DNA from: Isurus oxyrinchus | Lineage: Eukaryota | Reading direction: 5' to 3' | Assembly (NCBI GenBank): GCA_026770705.1 | Contig: JANJGN010000016.1 | Location: 88,226,001-88,290,000, forward strand | Length of the DNA: 64,000 bases | Shown: piece by piece, positions 27,288-40,800 of the stretch | Layout of the letters: every line of letters begins with the position of its first letter | Position numbering within the stretch: position 1 is the first letter of the stretch | The notes under the pieces: generated by a model | The model's input: the letters and a program-made list of their open reading frames with translations, nothing else | Databases searched by the model: none | What the model was told of the DNA's origin: nothing | Made by a program: the position numbers and the translations under genes

Positions 27288-28540
27288 GTACACAAGCCTC
27301 TGACATGTCTTCCTTCTTCCTTAACCAAGGTTTTCCACACACAGTGGTTGACAGGGCCCTCAACCGTGTCCGGCCCATCTCCCGCACATCCGCCCTCACG
27401 CCTTCCTCTCCCTCCCAGAAACATGATAGGGTCCCCCTTGTCCACACTTATCACCCCACCAGCCTCCGCATTCAAAGGATCATCCTCCGCAATTTCCACC
27501 AACTCCAGCACCTAACACATCTTCCCTTCACCCCCCCCACCATGGCGGCATTCCATAGGGATCATTCCCTCTGGGACACCCTGGTCCACTTTTCCATCAC
27601 CCCCAACACCTCAATCCCCCCACACAGCACCTTCTCATGCAACCACAGAAGGTGCAACACCTGCCCCTTTACTTCCCCCCTCCTCACTGTCCAAGGGCCC
27701 AAACATTCCTTTCAAGTGAAGCAGCATTTCACTTGCACTTCCCTCAATTTGGTCTCCTGCATTCGCTGCTCCCAATGCGGTCTCCTCTACATTGGAGAGA
27801 CCAAACGCAGACTGGGTGACCACTTTGCAGAACACCTTCAGTCTGTCAGCAGACATGACCCAGACCTCCCTGTCGCTTGCCATTTCAATGCACCACCCTG
27901 CTCTCATGTCCACATGTCCATCCTTGGCTTGCTGCAATGTTCCAGTGACGCTCATTGCAAACTGGAGGAACAGCACCTCATCTTCCGACCAGGCACTTTA
28001 CAGCCTTTCGGACTGAATATTGAGTTCAACAATTTCAGAATATGAACTCTCTCCTCCATCCCCACCCCCTTTCCGACCCCCCTTTTTCCAATAATTTATA
28101 ATTTAAAAAAGTTTATATTTTTCTTTTCCCACCTATTTTTAAATTTATTTCGATCTATTGTTTTATCTCCACCTTTGAGCCCATTTCCATCCCCTCCCCA
28201 CACCCCACCCCCACTAGGGCCATCTGCCACTAGCTTGTCCTGCTTGCTACTCTTAATGTCCCCATTAGCACATTCCTTAGGTAATAACACCAACATCAAC
28301 CCCCCTTTGTCCTTTTGTCTATGACATCTTTGGCAATCTCTTCTTTGCCTCCGCCTATCACTGGCCCCCTATCCAGCTCTACCTGTGCCCCCCACCCCCC
28401 TCTACCAGCTTATATTTCACCTCATTTCTCTATTTCGTTAGCTCTGATGAAGAGTCATGTGGACTTGAAACGTTAACTGTATTCCTCTCTGCAGATGCTG
28501 TCAGACCTGCTGAGTTTTTCCAGGAATTAATGTTTTTGTC
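27288..28540 (+). mobile_element. Penelope-like retroelement, 5'-truncated, with GIY-YIG endonuclease ORF 27305-28045 and 3' pLTR region
   Basis: CNHRRCNTCPF zinc-knuckle-like linker, then FTCTSLNLVSCIRCSQCGLLYIGETKRRLGDHFAEH..LEEQHLIFR.GTLQP.GLNIEF (GIY-YIG). Confidence 0.93.
28439..28479 (+). ncRNA. Minimal type I hammerhead ribozyme motif in the Penelope 3' region
   Basis: Stem I 5' strand TAGCT; core CTGATGA (28444-28450); stem II GAGTC/GACTT with loop ATGTG; GAAA (28467-28470); CG; UH = TT; stem I 3' strand AACTG (one mismatch). Confidence 0.8.
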
Positions 28541-28644
28541 CCTTGTGTCTTAACTGGCCTATAATTTCTATGCCTTCGTGACTCACTTGCTCTCTCTTCG
28601 AAATTTGGCTGTGCATCTCCCCTTGCTGAATCTAATCTCAGGAT

Positions 28645-28872
28645 CCCAACCCCCTGCCAAGTTAGTTTAAACTCTCCCCAACAGCACTAGCAAAACCCCC
28701 GCAAGGATGTTGGACCCATTTCGGTTCAGGTGCAACCCATCCACCTTGTTACAGGTCCCATCGCCCCCAGAAACCGTCCCAATGTCCCATAAATCTAAAA
28801 CCCTCCCTCCTGCTCCACCTCTCCATCCACACGTTCATCTGGACTAACCTCCTATTTCTATACTCACCTGCG
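28645..28872 (-). mobile_element. CR1 ORF1 (SGNH esterase-like) fragment
   Basis: The reverse complement encodes a degenerate MNVWMERWSRREGFRFMGHWD..WGRWDL..DGLHLNRNGSNILAG, homologous to the + strand ORF 53904..54137. Confidence 0.8.
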
Positions 28873-31800
28873 CTGTAGAGTGTCAAGTAAGTGTGCGAGG
28901 GTGTAGAGTGTCAAGTAAGTGGGTGAGTGGATAGAGTGTCAGGTAAATGGGTGAGGGGGTAAAGTGTCAAGTAGGTGGGTGAGAGGGTAGAGTGTCAGGT
29001 AAGTTTGTGAGGGGGTAGAGTGTCAAGTAAGTGGGTGAGGGGGTAGAGTGTCAGGTAAGTGGGTGAGTGGGTAAAGTGTCAGGTAAGTGGGTGAGGGGGT
29101 AGAGTGTCAGGTAAGTGGGTGAGGGGGTGAAATGTTAAGCAAGTGGGTGAAGGGGCAGAGTGTCAGGTAATTGGGCGAGGGGGTAGAGTCCCAGGTAAGT
29201 GGGCGAGGGGTTAGAGTGTCAGGTGGGTGGGGGAGGGGGTAGAATGTAAGGTGGGTGGGTGCGGGGGTAGTGTATCTAGCAAGTGGGTGAGGGCGTAGCA
29301 GGACAGGCAACTGGGTGGGGGGGTAGTATGTCAGGCAAGTGGGTGAGGGGGTAGATTGTCAGGAACGAAGGTGAGGGTGTACTGTGTCAGGTAAGCTGCT
29401 GAGGGGGTAGGGTGTCAGGCAAGTGGGTGAGGTGGAAGAGTAACAGACAAGTTGGTGAGTAAGTAGGGTGGCAGGCAAGTGAAAGATGAGGTAGAGTGTC
29501 AGGCAATTGGTGAGGGGGTGGAGTGTCAGGAAAGTGGGTGAGGGGGTAGATTATCAGGTAAGTGGGTGAGGGGGTATATGTCAAGTACATTTATGAGGAA
29601 GTAGTGTGTCAGGAAAGTGGGCGAGGGGGTAGATTATCAGGTAAGTGGGTGAGGGGGTAGAATGTCAGGCAAGTGGATGAGGCAGTAGGGTGGCAGGAAT
29701 GTGGATCAGGTGGTGGGGTGGCAGGCAAGTGGGAGAGGGGGCAGAGTGTCAGGACATTGGGTTAGGTTGTAGGGTGGCTGGCAAATGGTTGAGAGGGTCG
29801 TGTGTCAGGTAAGTGTGTGAGGGGGTATGTTGACAGGTAAGTTTGTGATGGGGTAGTGTAGCAGGCAAGTGGGTGAATGGATAGATTGTCAGGCAGATAG
29901 GTGAGGGGGTAGATTTTCAGGTAAGTGGGTGATAGGGTCGGGTGACAGGAAAGTGTGTGACGGGGTAGTGTGTCTCGATAAGTATGCGAGGGTGTAGGGC
30001 GGCATGAATGTGGGTGAGGGGGTAGAGTGTCAAGTAAGTGGTGAGGGATTAGAGTGTCAGGCAAGTGAGCAAGGGGGTAGAGAGTCAGACAAGTGGGAGG
30101 GAGGGATGAGTGTCAGGTAAGTGGGCAAGGGGGTAGAGTTTCAGGCAAGTGGGTAAGTGGGTAATGTTCAGGGAAGTGTGTGAAGGAGTAGCGTGTCAGG
30201 TTAGGGAGTGACGGGCTAGTGTGTCAGGTAAGTGGGTGAGGCGATAGGATGGCAGGCAAGTGGGTGAGGGGTTAAAGTTTCAGGAAAGTGGGTGAGGGTG
30301 TAGGGTGGGTGACAAGTGGTTGAGTGGGTAGGGTGTCAGGCAAGAGGGGGAGGGGGTAGAGTGTCAGGCAAGTGGTGAAGGGGTTAGAGTTTCAGGTAAG
30401 TGGGTGAGGGGGTAGTGAGTTAGGTAAGTGGATGAGTGGGGAGGGTGTCAGGTAATTGGGTGAGCGGGTAGTGTGTCAGGAAGTTGAGTGAGTGGGTAAG
30501 GTGACAGGTGAGTTAGCCAGGGGGTGGGGTGGCAGGCAAGTGGCTGAGTAGGTAGAGTGTAAAGCAAGTGGGCGAGGGGTTAGATTGTCAGGTAAGTGGG
30601 TGAGGAGGTAAAGTGTAAGTTTAATAAGTGAGTTGTTAGTGTGTCAGGTAAGTGGTTGAAGTGGTAGAGTGTCAGGTAAGAGGATGAGGGGGTAGAGTGT
30701 CAGGTAAGTGGTTGAAGTGGTAGAGTGTCAGGTAAGAGGATGAGGGGGTAGAGTATCAGGTATGTGGGTGATGGGTAGGGTGACAGGCCATTGGGTGATG
30801 GGGTAGATTGTCAGGCAAGTGGATGAGGTAGTAGGGTGGCAGGAAAGTGGGTGAGGTGGTAGAGTGTCAGCTAAGAGAATGAGGGTGTAGAGTATCAGGT
30901 ACATGGGTGAGGGGGTAGAGTGACAGGCAAGTGGCGAGGGGGTAAATTGTCAGATAAGTGGGTGAGGGGGTAAATTGTCAGATAAGTGGGTGAGGGTGTA
31001 GAGTGTCAGGTAGGTGGATGATAGGTAGGGTGGCAGGCCGTTGGGGGAGGGGGTAGAATGTCAGGCAAGTGGATGAGGCAGTAGGGGACAGGAAAGTGGG
31101 TGAGGAGGTTGGGTGGCAGGCAAGTGGATGGGGGGCATAGGGTGGCAGGCAAGTGGCAGAGGGGTAGAGTGTCAGGAAATTGTGTTAGGTTGTACGGTGG
31201 CTGGCAAGTGGTTGAGGGGGTAGGGTGGCATTCAAATGGGTGAGGGGGTTGAGTGTCCGGTAATTGGTTGAGAGGTTAAGAGTCAGACAATTGGGTGATT
31301 GGGTAGAGTGCCAGGTGGGTGGTTGAGGGGGTAGAGTGTCAGGTAGCTGGATGAGGGGGTAGGGCGACAGGAAAATTGGTGAGGGGGTAGAATGTCAGGC
31401 AAGTATGTGAGGAGATAGAGTATCAGGTAAGTGGGTGAGGCAAAAGGGTGGCAGGCAAGTGGGCAAGGGGTAGGGTGTCAGGTACTTGGGTGAGGGGCAT
31501 GGTATCAGGTAAGTGGGTGAGGGGGTAGGGTGCCAGGTACTTGGGTAAGGGGCATGCTGTCAGGTAAGTGGGTGAGGGGGTAGGGTGCCAGGTACTTGGG
31601 TGAGGGGCATGGTGTCAGGTAAGTGCGTGAGAGGGTTCAGTGGAAGGCAAGTGGAATAGGGGATAGAGTGTCAGGTAAGTGGTTGAGGGGTTAGGGTGGC
31701 AGGCAAGTGGGTCAGGGGAAATTATGGCAGGCAAGTGTGGGAGGGGGTAGTGTGTCAGGTGGGTGGGTGAGAGGGGAGGGTGACAGGCAATTTGGTGAGT

Positions 31801-34800
31801 GGGTAGTGTGTCAGGTAATTGGGTGAGTGTGGAGAGTGTCAGGTAAATGGGTGAGGGTTAGGTTGGCAAGCAGGTTGTTTAGGGGGTGGGGTGGCAGGCA
31901 AGTGGGTGAGGGGGTAGAGTAGAGTGTCAGATAGGAGGGTGAGGCCGTAGCATGACAGACAAGTCTGTGAGGGTGCAGCATGACAGGCAAGTGGGTGAGA
32001 GGGTAGGATGGCAGGCAAGTGGGTGAGGGGGTAGTGTGACAGGTAAGTGGGTGAGGTGATAGGGTGGCAGTCAAGTGGGTGAGGGGTTAGAATGCCTGGC
32101 AAATGGTTGAGGGGTTAGTGTAGCAGGCAAGTGAGTGAGGGGATAGGGTGGCAGTCAAGTGGGTAAGGGGGTAGGTTGGCAGGCAAGTAGATGAGGGGGT
32201 AGAGTGTCAGGAAATTATGTGAGCGTATAGAGTGGGTGGCAAGTGGTTGAGAGGGTAGGGAGTCAGGCAATTGGTTTACTGGGTAGTGTGTCAGGTAATG
32301 GGTGAGAGGCAGAGTAACAGGTAAGTCTGTGAGGGGATAGATTGTCAGGTAAGTGGATGAGGGGTTAGGGTGGCACACAAGTGGGTGAGGGGGTTGAGAG
32401 TCAGGTAAGTGGTTGAGCGGTTAAGAGTCAGGCAATTGGGCGAGTGGGTAGAGTGCCAGGTGGGTGGTTGAGTGGGTAGAGTGTCAGGTAGGTGGATGCA
32501 GGGGTAGGGCGACAGGAAAATGGGTGAGGGGCTAGAGTGTCAGGTAAGTATGTGAGGTTATAGAGTATCAGGTAAGTGGGTGAGGGGTAGGGTGTCATGT
32601 AGTTGGGTGAGGGGCATGGTGACAGGTAAGTGGGTGAGAGGGTTCAGTGTAAGGCAAATGGGATAGAGAATAGAATGTCAGGTAAGTGGGTGAGGAGTTA
32701 GGGTGGCAGGCAAGTGGGTGAGGGGCGAAGGTGGCAGGCAAGCGGGTGAGGGGCTTGAGTTTCAGGTAAGTGGGTGAGGAGTTAGGGTGGCAGGCAAGTG
32801 AGTCCGGGGTGGCTGGCAAGTGGGAGAGGGGGTAATGTGTCAGGTAAGTGGGTGAGTTGGTATAGCGTCAGGTAAGTGCATGAGGGGTTAGTGGGTTAGG
32901 TAAGTGGATGAGAGGGGAGGGTGACAGACAGCTTGGTGAGGGGATAGAATGTCAGGTAATTGGGTGAGGGGATAGAATGTCAGGTAATTGGGTGAGGGGG
33001 TAGAGTGTCAGGTAAATGGGTCAGGGTTAGGTTGGCAGGCAGGTTGGTGAGGGGGTGGGTTGGCACGCAAGTGGGTGAGGGGTAGAGTGTCAGATAGGTA
33101 GGTGAGGGTGTAGTGTGGCAGGCATGTGGGCAAGGGGATAGAGTGTTGTTTAAGTGGATGAGGGAGTAGAGTGGCATGTAAGTGGATGGGGGTTTGGGTG
33201 TCAGGTAATTGGGTGAGGGGGTGGAGTGTCAGGTAAATGGGTCAGGGTTAGGTTGGCAGGCAGGTTGGTCAGGGGGTGGGGTGGCAGGAAAATGGGTGAG
33301 CGGGTAGCATAGCAGGCAAGTGGGTGAGGAGATAGGGTGGCAGGCAAGTGGGTGAGGGATAAGGCGTCAGGCAAATGAGTGAGGTGGTAGGGTGTCAGAA
33401 AGGTAGGTGAGGGGCTTGCAGGTCAGGTAAGTGGGTGAGGAGATTGGGTGGCAGGCAAGTGGGTCAGGGGGAATTATGGCAGGCAAATAGGGGAGGGGCT
33501 AGTGTGTCAGGTAGGTGGGTGAGAGGGGAGGGTGACAGGCAAGTTGGTGAGTGGTTAGTGTGTCAGGTAATGGGGTGAGTGGGTGGAGTGTCAGGTAAAT
33601 GGGTCAGGGTTAGGTTGGCAGGCAGGTTGGTGAGGGGTGGGGTGGCAGGCAAGTGGGTGAGTGTGTAGAGTAGAGTGTCAGATAGGTTGATGAGGCCGTA
33701 GCATGACAGGCAAGGTGGTGAGGGGGTAGGGTGGCAGGAAAATGGGTGAGTGGGTAGAATGTCAGGGAACTTGGTGATGGTGTAGCGTAACAGGCAAGTG
33801 GGTGAGGTGGTAGTGCGTCAGGTAAGTGGATGAGAGGGTAGAGTGTCAGGAAATTGGGTGAGGTTGTAGGGTGGGTGGCAAGTGGTTGAGAGGGTAGTGT
33901 GTCAGGAAAGTGGTTGATGGGGTAGTGTGTCAGGTAAGTGTGTGACGGGCAAGGTATCAGGTAAGTGCGTGAGGGGATAGAGTGTCAGGTAAGTGGCTGA
34001 GGGGGTAGGGTGGCATGCTAGTGGGTGAGGAGATTGGGTGGCAGGTAAGTGGGTCAGGGGGAATTATGGCAGGCAAATAGGGGAGGGGGTAGTGTGTCAG
34101 GTAGGTGGATGAGAGGGGAGGGTGACAGGCAAGTTGGTGAGTGGTTAGTGTGTCAGGTAATGGGGTGAGTGGGTGGAGTGTCAGGTAAATGGGTCAGGGT
34201 TAGGTTGTCAGGCAGGTTGGTGAGGGGTGGGGTGACAGGCAAGTGGGTGAGTGTGTAGAGTAGAGTGTCAGATAGGTGGGTGAGGCCGTAGCATGACAGG
34301 CAAGGGGGTGAGGGGGTAGGGTAACAGGAAAATGAGTGAGTGGGTAGAGTTTCAGGAAACTGGGTGATGGTGTAGCGTGACAGGCAAGTGTGTGAGTGTG
34401 TAGAGTAGAGTGTCAGATAGGTGGGTGAGGCCGTAGCATGACAGGCAAGGAGGTGAGGGGGTAGGGTGGCAGGAAAATGGGTGAGTGGGTAGAGTGTCAG
34501 GCAACTGGGTGATGGCATAGTGTGACAGGCAAGTGGGTGAGGTGGTAGTGCGTCAGGTAAGTGGGTGAGGCGATCGGGTGGCAGACAAGTGGGTTAGGGG
34601 TTAGAATGGCAGGCAAATGGGTGATGAGGTAGTGTAGCAGGCAAGTGAGTGAGAGGGTAGGGTTGCAGTCAAGTGGATGAGGGGGTAGAGTGTCAGGAAA
34701 TTGGGTGAGGGTGTAGGGTAGGTGGCAATTGGTTGAGAGGGTAGTGTGTCAGGAAAGTTGATGGGTTACTGTGTCAGGTAAATGTGTGACGGGTAGGGTG

Positions 34801-37800
34801 GCAGGCATATGGGTGAGGGGGTTGAGTGTCAGGTAAGTGGGTGAGGGGATGGGGTGGCATGCTACTGGATGAGGGGGTTGATTGTCAGGTAAGTGGGTGA
34901 GGGGGTAGAGTGTCAGGTAAGTGGGTGATGGGGTAGAGTGTCAGGTAAGTGTGTGAGGGTGTGGAGTATCAGGCAAGTGGGTGAGCGGTTAGTGTGTCAG
35001 GCTATTGGGCGAGGGGGCAGAGTGTCAGTAAGTGGGTGAGGGGATAGGGTGGCAGGCGAGGAGGTGGTGTGGTAGGGTGTCACATAAATGGGTCAGGATT
35101 AGGGTGGCAGGCGAAAGGGTCGGGTGTCAGGCAAGTGGGCAAAGGGGTAGATTGTCAGGAACTAATATGATGGGTACTGGGTCATGTAAGTGGGTGAGGG
35201 TGGCAGGCGAGGGTGTTGAGTGTCAGGCAAGTGGGTGAGGTGGTAGGTTGGCTGGCAAGTGTGTGAGCGGGTAGGGTGCCAGTTAAGTGTGTGAGAGGGT
35301 AGGGTGCCATTTAAGTGTGTGAGAGGGTAGGGTGTCTGGTAAGTTGGCCCGGGAGTAGGGTGGCAGGCAGGTGGGTGAGTGGGTAGAGTGGCAGGAAAGA
35401 GGATGAGGGGTCAGAGTGGCAGTGAAGTGGGTGAGGGGGTAGTGTGACAGGCAAGTCGGCGAGGGGATACAATGGTGGGTAAGTGGGTGAGGGGGTAGGG
35501 TGCCATGTAAATGTGTGAGAGGGTAGGGTGGTTGGTAAGTTGGCCAGGGGGTAGGGTGGCAGGCAAGTCGCTGAGTGGGTAGAGTGGCAGGTAAGTGGAT
35601 GAGGGGTCAGAGTGGCATCAAGTGGGTGAGGGGATAGATTGTCAGATAGGTGGGTTAGTGGGTAGAGTGTCAAACATTTAGGTGAGTGGGTAGGGTGTCA
35701 GGTCAGTGGTAAAGAGAGTAGAGTATCTGGTAAGTGGGTGAGAGTGTTAGAGTGTCAGGTAAGTGGTGGAGAGAGTAGAGTATCTGGTAAGTGGGTGAGG
35801 GGATGGGTCATCAAGTGGGTGAGGGGGTAGATTGTCAGATAGGTGGGTTAGTGGGTAGAGGTCATGCGTTTAGGTGAGGGGGTAGAGTGTCAGGTAAATG
35901 AGGGAGGCAGTAGGGTGGCAGGCACATGGGTGAGGGGTTAGATTGTCAGGGAAGTGGGTGAGGGGGTAGGGTGGCAGGTGAGTGGGCGAGAGGGTAGAGT
36001 GTCAGGTAAGTGGTAAAGAGAGTAGAGTATCTGGTATGTGGGTGAGGGAATGGGGCATCAAGTGGGTGAGGTGGTAGAGTGTCAGGTAAGTGGTAGAGAG
36101 AGTAGAGTATCTGGTAAGTGGGTGAGGGAATGGGGCATCAAGTGGGTGAGGGGGTAGAGTGTCAGGTTTGTCTGCGAGGGAGTAGAGTGTCAGGTAAGTG
36201 GTGGAGAGAGTAGAGTATCTGGTATGTGGGTGAAGGGTTCAGAGTGCCAGTCAAGTGGGTGAGGGGAGAGTGTGTCAGGTTAGTGGGCGAGGGTGTAGAG
36301 TTTGTGGTAAATGAGTGAGGGAGTAGTGTGTAAAGGAAGTAGATGAGGGGGTAGAATGTCAGGTAGGTGGATGAGGGCGTGGGGCAGCAGGCAAGGGGGT
36401 GAGGGGGTAGAGTGTCAGGTAGGTGGACAAGGTGATAGAATGATGGGTAAGTGGGTGAGGGGGTAGAGTGCCAGGTAAGTGATGAGGGGTTAGGGTAGCA
36501 GGTAAGTTGGCCAGAGGGTAGGATGGCAGGCATGTGGGTTCATGGGTAGAGTGGCAGGTAATTGGGTGAGGGGTTAGAGTATCAGTTTAGTGGGTGATGG
36601 GTTAGAGTGTCAGTTTAGTGGGTGAGGGGGTAGTGAGTCAGCTAAATGAGTGAGGGAATAGAATGGCAGTTAAGTGGGTGAGGGGGTGGAGTGTCACGAA
36701 AGTGGGTGAGGGTGTAGGGTGGCTGGCAAGTGTTTGAGGGGTAGGGTGGAAGGTAAGTGGTTGAGGGGGTATTGTGTCAGGTAAGTGCTTGAGGGGGTAC
36801 AGTATCAGGCAAGTGGGATAGAGATTAGAGTGTCAGGGAAACGGTTGAGCGATTAGGGTGGCAGGTTAGTGGGTGATGGGGTAAGGTGGCAGGCAAGAGG
36901 GTGAAGGGGGAAGGTGGCAGGCAAGAGGGTGAGGTGGTATTGTGGCAGTTAAGTGAGTAAGTGGGTAGGTTGTCAGGCAAGTAGGTGAGGGGGTAGTGGG
37001 TCACTACCTGGGTGAGGGAGGAGGGTTTCAGGCAAGTGGGTGAGGGGGTTGAGTGCCAGGTAAGTGGGTGAGGGGGTGGGGTGGCAGGCAAGTGGGCAAG
37101 GGGGTAGGGTGCCAGGTACTTGGGTGAGGGGCATGGTGTCAGGTAAGTGGGTGAGAGGGTTCAGTGTAAGGCAAGTGGGATAGGGGATAGAGTGTCAGGT
37201 AAGTGGGTGAGGGGATAGGGTGGCAGGCAAGTGGGTCAGGGGGAATTATGGCAGGCAAATAGGGGAGGGGCTAGTGTGTCAGGTAGGTGGGTGAGAGGGG
37301 AGGGTGACAGGCAAGTTGGTGAGTGGTTAGTGTGTCAGGTAATGGGGTGAGTGGGTGGAGTGTCAGGTAAATGGGTCAGGGTTAGGTTGGCAGGCAGGTT
37401 GGTGAGGGGTGGGGTGGCAGGCAAGTGGGTGAGTGTGTAGAGTAGAGTGTCAGATAGGTTGATGAGGCCGTAGCATGATAGGCAAGGTGGTGAGGGGGTA
37501 GGGTGGCAGGAAAATGGGTGAGTGGGTAGAATGTCAGGAAACTTGGTGATGGTGTAGCGTAACAGGCAAGTGGGTGAGGTGGTAGTGCGTCAGGTAAGTG
37601 GATGAGAGGGTAGAGTGTCAGGAAATTGGGTGAGGTTGTAGGGTGGGTGGCAAGTGGTTGAGAGGGTAGTGTGTCAGGAAAGTGGTTGATGGGGTAGTGT
37701 GTCAGGTAAGTGTGTGACGGGCAAGGTATCAGGTAAGTGCGTGAGGGGATAGAGTGTCAGGTAAGTGGCTGAGGGGGTAGGGTGGCATGCTAGTGGGTGA

Positions 37801-40800
37801 GGAGATTGGGTGGCAGGTAAGTGGGTCAGGGGGAATTATGGCAGGCAAATAGGGGAGGGGGTAGTGTGTCAGGTAGGTGGATGAGAGGGGAGGGTGACAG
37901 GCAAGTTGGTGAGTGGTTAGTGTGTCAGGTAATGGGGTGAGTGGGTGGAGTGTCAGGTAAATGGGTCAGGGTTAGGTTGTCAGGCAGGTTGGTGAGGGGT
38001 GGGGTGACAGGCAAGTGGGTGAGTGTGTAGAGTAGAGTGTCAGATAGGTGGGTGAGGCCGTAGCATGACAGGCAAGGGGGTGAGGGGGTAGGGTAACAGG
38101 AAAATGAGTGAGTGGGTAGAGTTTCAGGAAACTGGGTGATGGTGTAGCGTGACAGGCAAGTGTGTGAGTGTGTAGAGTAGAGTGTCAGATAGGTGGGTGA
38201 GGCCGTAGCATGACAGGCAAGGAGGTGAGGGGGTAGGGTGGCAGGAAAATGGGTGAGTGGGTAGAGTGTCAGGCAACTGGGTGATGGCATAGTGTGACAG
38301 GCAAGTGGGTGAGGTGGTAGTGCGTCAGGTAAGTGGGTGAGGCGATCGGGTGGCAGACAAGTGGGTTAGGGGTTAGAATGGCAGGCAAATGGGTGATGAG
38401 GTAGTGTAGCAGGCAAGTGAGTGAGAGGGTAGGGTTGCAGTCAAGTGGATGAGGGGGTAGAGTGTCAGGAAATTGGGTGAGGGTGTAGGGTAGGTGGCAA
38501 TTGGTTGAGAGGGTAGTGTGTCAGGAAAGTTGATGGGTTACTGTGTCAGGTAAATGTGTGACGGGTAGGGTGGCAGGCATATGGGTGAGGGGGTTGAGTG
38601 TCAGGTAAGTGGGTGAGGGGATGGGGTGGCATGCTACTGGATGAGGGGGTTGATTGTCAGGTAAGTGGGTGAGGGGGTAGAGTGTCAGGTAAGTGGGTGA
38701 TGGGGTAGAGTGTCAGGTAAGTGTGTGAGGGTGTGGAGTATCAGGCAAGTGGGTGAGCGGTTAGTGTGTCAGGCTATTGGGCGAGGGGGCAGAGTGTCAG
38801 TAAGTGGGTGAGGGGATAGGGTGGCAGGCGAGGAGGTGGTGTGGTAGGGTGTCACATAAATGGGTCAGGATTAGGGTGGCAGGCGAAAGGGTCGGGTGTC
38901 AGGCAAGTGGGCAAAGGGGTAGATTGTCAGGAACTAATATGATGGGTACTGGGTCATGTAAGTGGGTGAGGGTGGCAGGCGAGGGTGTTGAGTGTCAGGC
39001 AAGTGGGTGAGGTGGTAGGTTGGCTGGCAAGTGTGTGAGCGGGTAGGGTGCCAGTTAAGTGTGTGAGAGGGTAGGGTGCCATTTAAGTGTGTGAGAGGGT
39101 AGGGTGTCTGGTAAGTTGGCCCGGGAGTAGGGTGGCAGGCAGGTGGGTGAGTGGGTAGAGTGGCAGGAAAGAGGATGAGGGGTCAGAGTGGCAGTGAAGT
39201 GGGTGAGGGGGTAGTGTGACAGGCAAGTCGGCGAGGGGATACAATGGTGGGTAAGTGGGTGAGGGGGTAGGGTGCCATGTAAATGTGTGAGAGGGTAGGG
39301 TGGTTGGTAAGTTGGCCAGGGGGTAGGGTGGCAGGCAAGTCGCTGAGTGGGTAGAGTGGCAGGTAAGTGGATGAGGGGTCAGAGTGGCATCAAGTGGGTG
39401 AGGGGATAGATTGTCAGATAGGTGGGTTAGTGGGTAGAGTGTCAAACATTTAGGTGAGTGGGTAGGGTGTCAGGTCAGTGGTAAAGAGAGTAGAGTATCT
39501 GGTAAGTGGGTGAGAGTGTTAGAGTGTCAGGTAAGTGGTGGAGAGAGTAGAGTATCTGGTAAGTGGGTGAGGGGATGGGTCATCAAGTGGGTGAGGGGGT
39601 AGATTGTCAGATAGGTGGGTTAGTGGGTAGAGGTCATGCGTTTAGGTGAGGGGGTAGAGTGTCAGGTAAATGAGGGAGGCAGTAGGGTGGCAGGCACATG
39701 GGTGAGGGGTTAGATTGTCAGGGAAGTGGGTGAGGGGGTAGGGTGGCAGGTGAGTGGGCGAGAGGGTAGAGTGTCAGGTAAGTGGTAAAGAGAGTAGAGT
39801 ATCTGGTATGTGGGTGAGGGAATGGGGCATCAAGTGGGTGAGGTGGTAGAGTGTCAGGTAAGTGGTAGAGAGAGTAGAGTATCTGGTAAGTGGGTGAGGG
39901 AATGGGGCATCAAGTGGGTGAGGGGGTAGAGTGTCAGGTTTGTCTGCGAGGGAGTAGAGTGTCAGGTAAGTGGTGGAGAGAGTAGAGTATCTGGTATGTG
40001 GGTGAAGGGTTCAGAGTGCCAGTCAAGTGGGTGAGGGGAGAGTGTGTCAGGTTAGTGGGCGAGGGTGTAGAGTTTGTGGTAAATGAGTGAGGGAGTAGTG
40101 TGTAAAGGAAGTAGATGAGGGGGTAGAATGTCAGGTAGGTGGATGAGGGCGTGGGGCAGCAGGCAAGGGGGTGAGGGGGGTAGAGTGTCAGGTAGGTGGA
40201 CAAGGTGATAGAATGATGGGTAAGTGGGTGAGGGGGTAGAGTGCCAGGTAAGTGATGAGGGGTTAGGGTAGCAGGTAAGTTGGCCAGAGGGTAGGATGGC
40301 AGGCATGTGGGTTCATGGGTAGAGTGGCAGGTAATTGGGTGAGGGGTTAGAGTATCAGTTTAGTGGGTGATGGGTTAGAGTGTCAGTTTAGTGGGTGAGG
40401 GGGTAGTGAGTCAGCTAAATGAGTGAGGGAATAGAATGGCAGTTAAGTGGGTGAGGGGGTGGAGTGTCACGAAAGTGGGTGAGGGTGTAGGGTGGCTGGC
40501 AAGTGTTTGAGGGGTAGGGTGGAAGGTAAGTGGTTGAGGGGGTATTGTGTCAGGTAAGTGCTTGAGGGGGTACAGTATCAGGCAAGTGGGATAGAGATTA
40601 GAGTGTCAGGGAAACGGTTGAGCGATTAGGGTGGCAGGTTAGTGGGTGATGGGGTAAGGTGGCAGGCAAGAGGGTGAAGGGGGAAGGTGGCAGGCAAGAG
40701 GGTGAGGTGGTATTGTGGCAGTTAAGTGAGTAAGTGGGTAGGTTGTCAGGCAAGTAGGTGAGGGGGTAGTGGGTCACTACCTGGGTGAGGGAGGAGGGTT

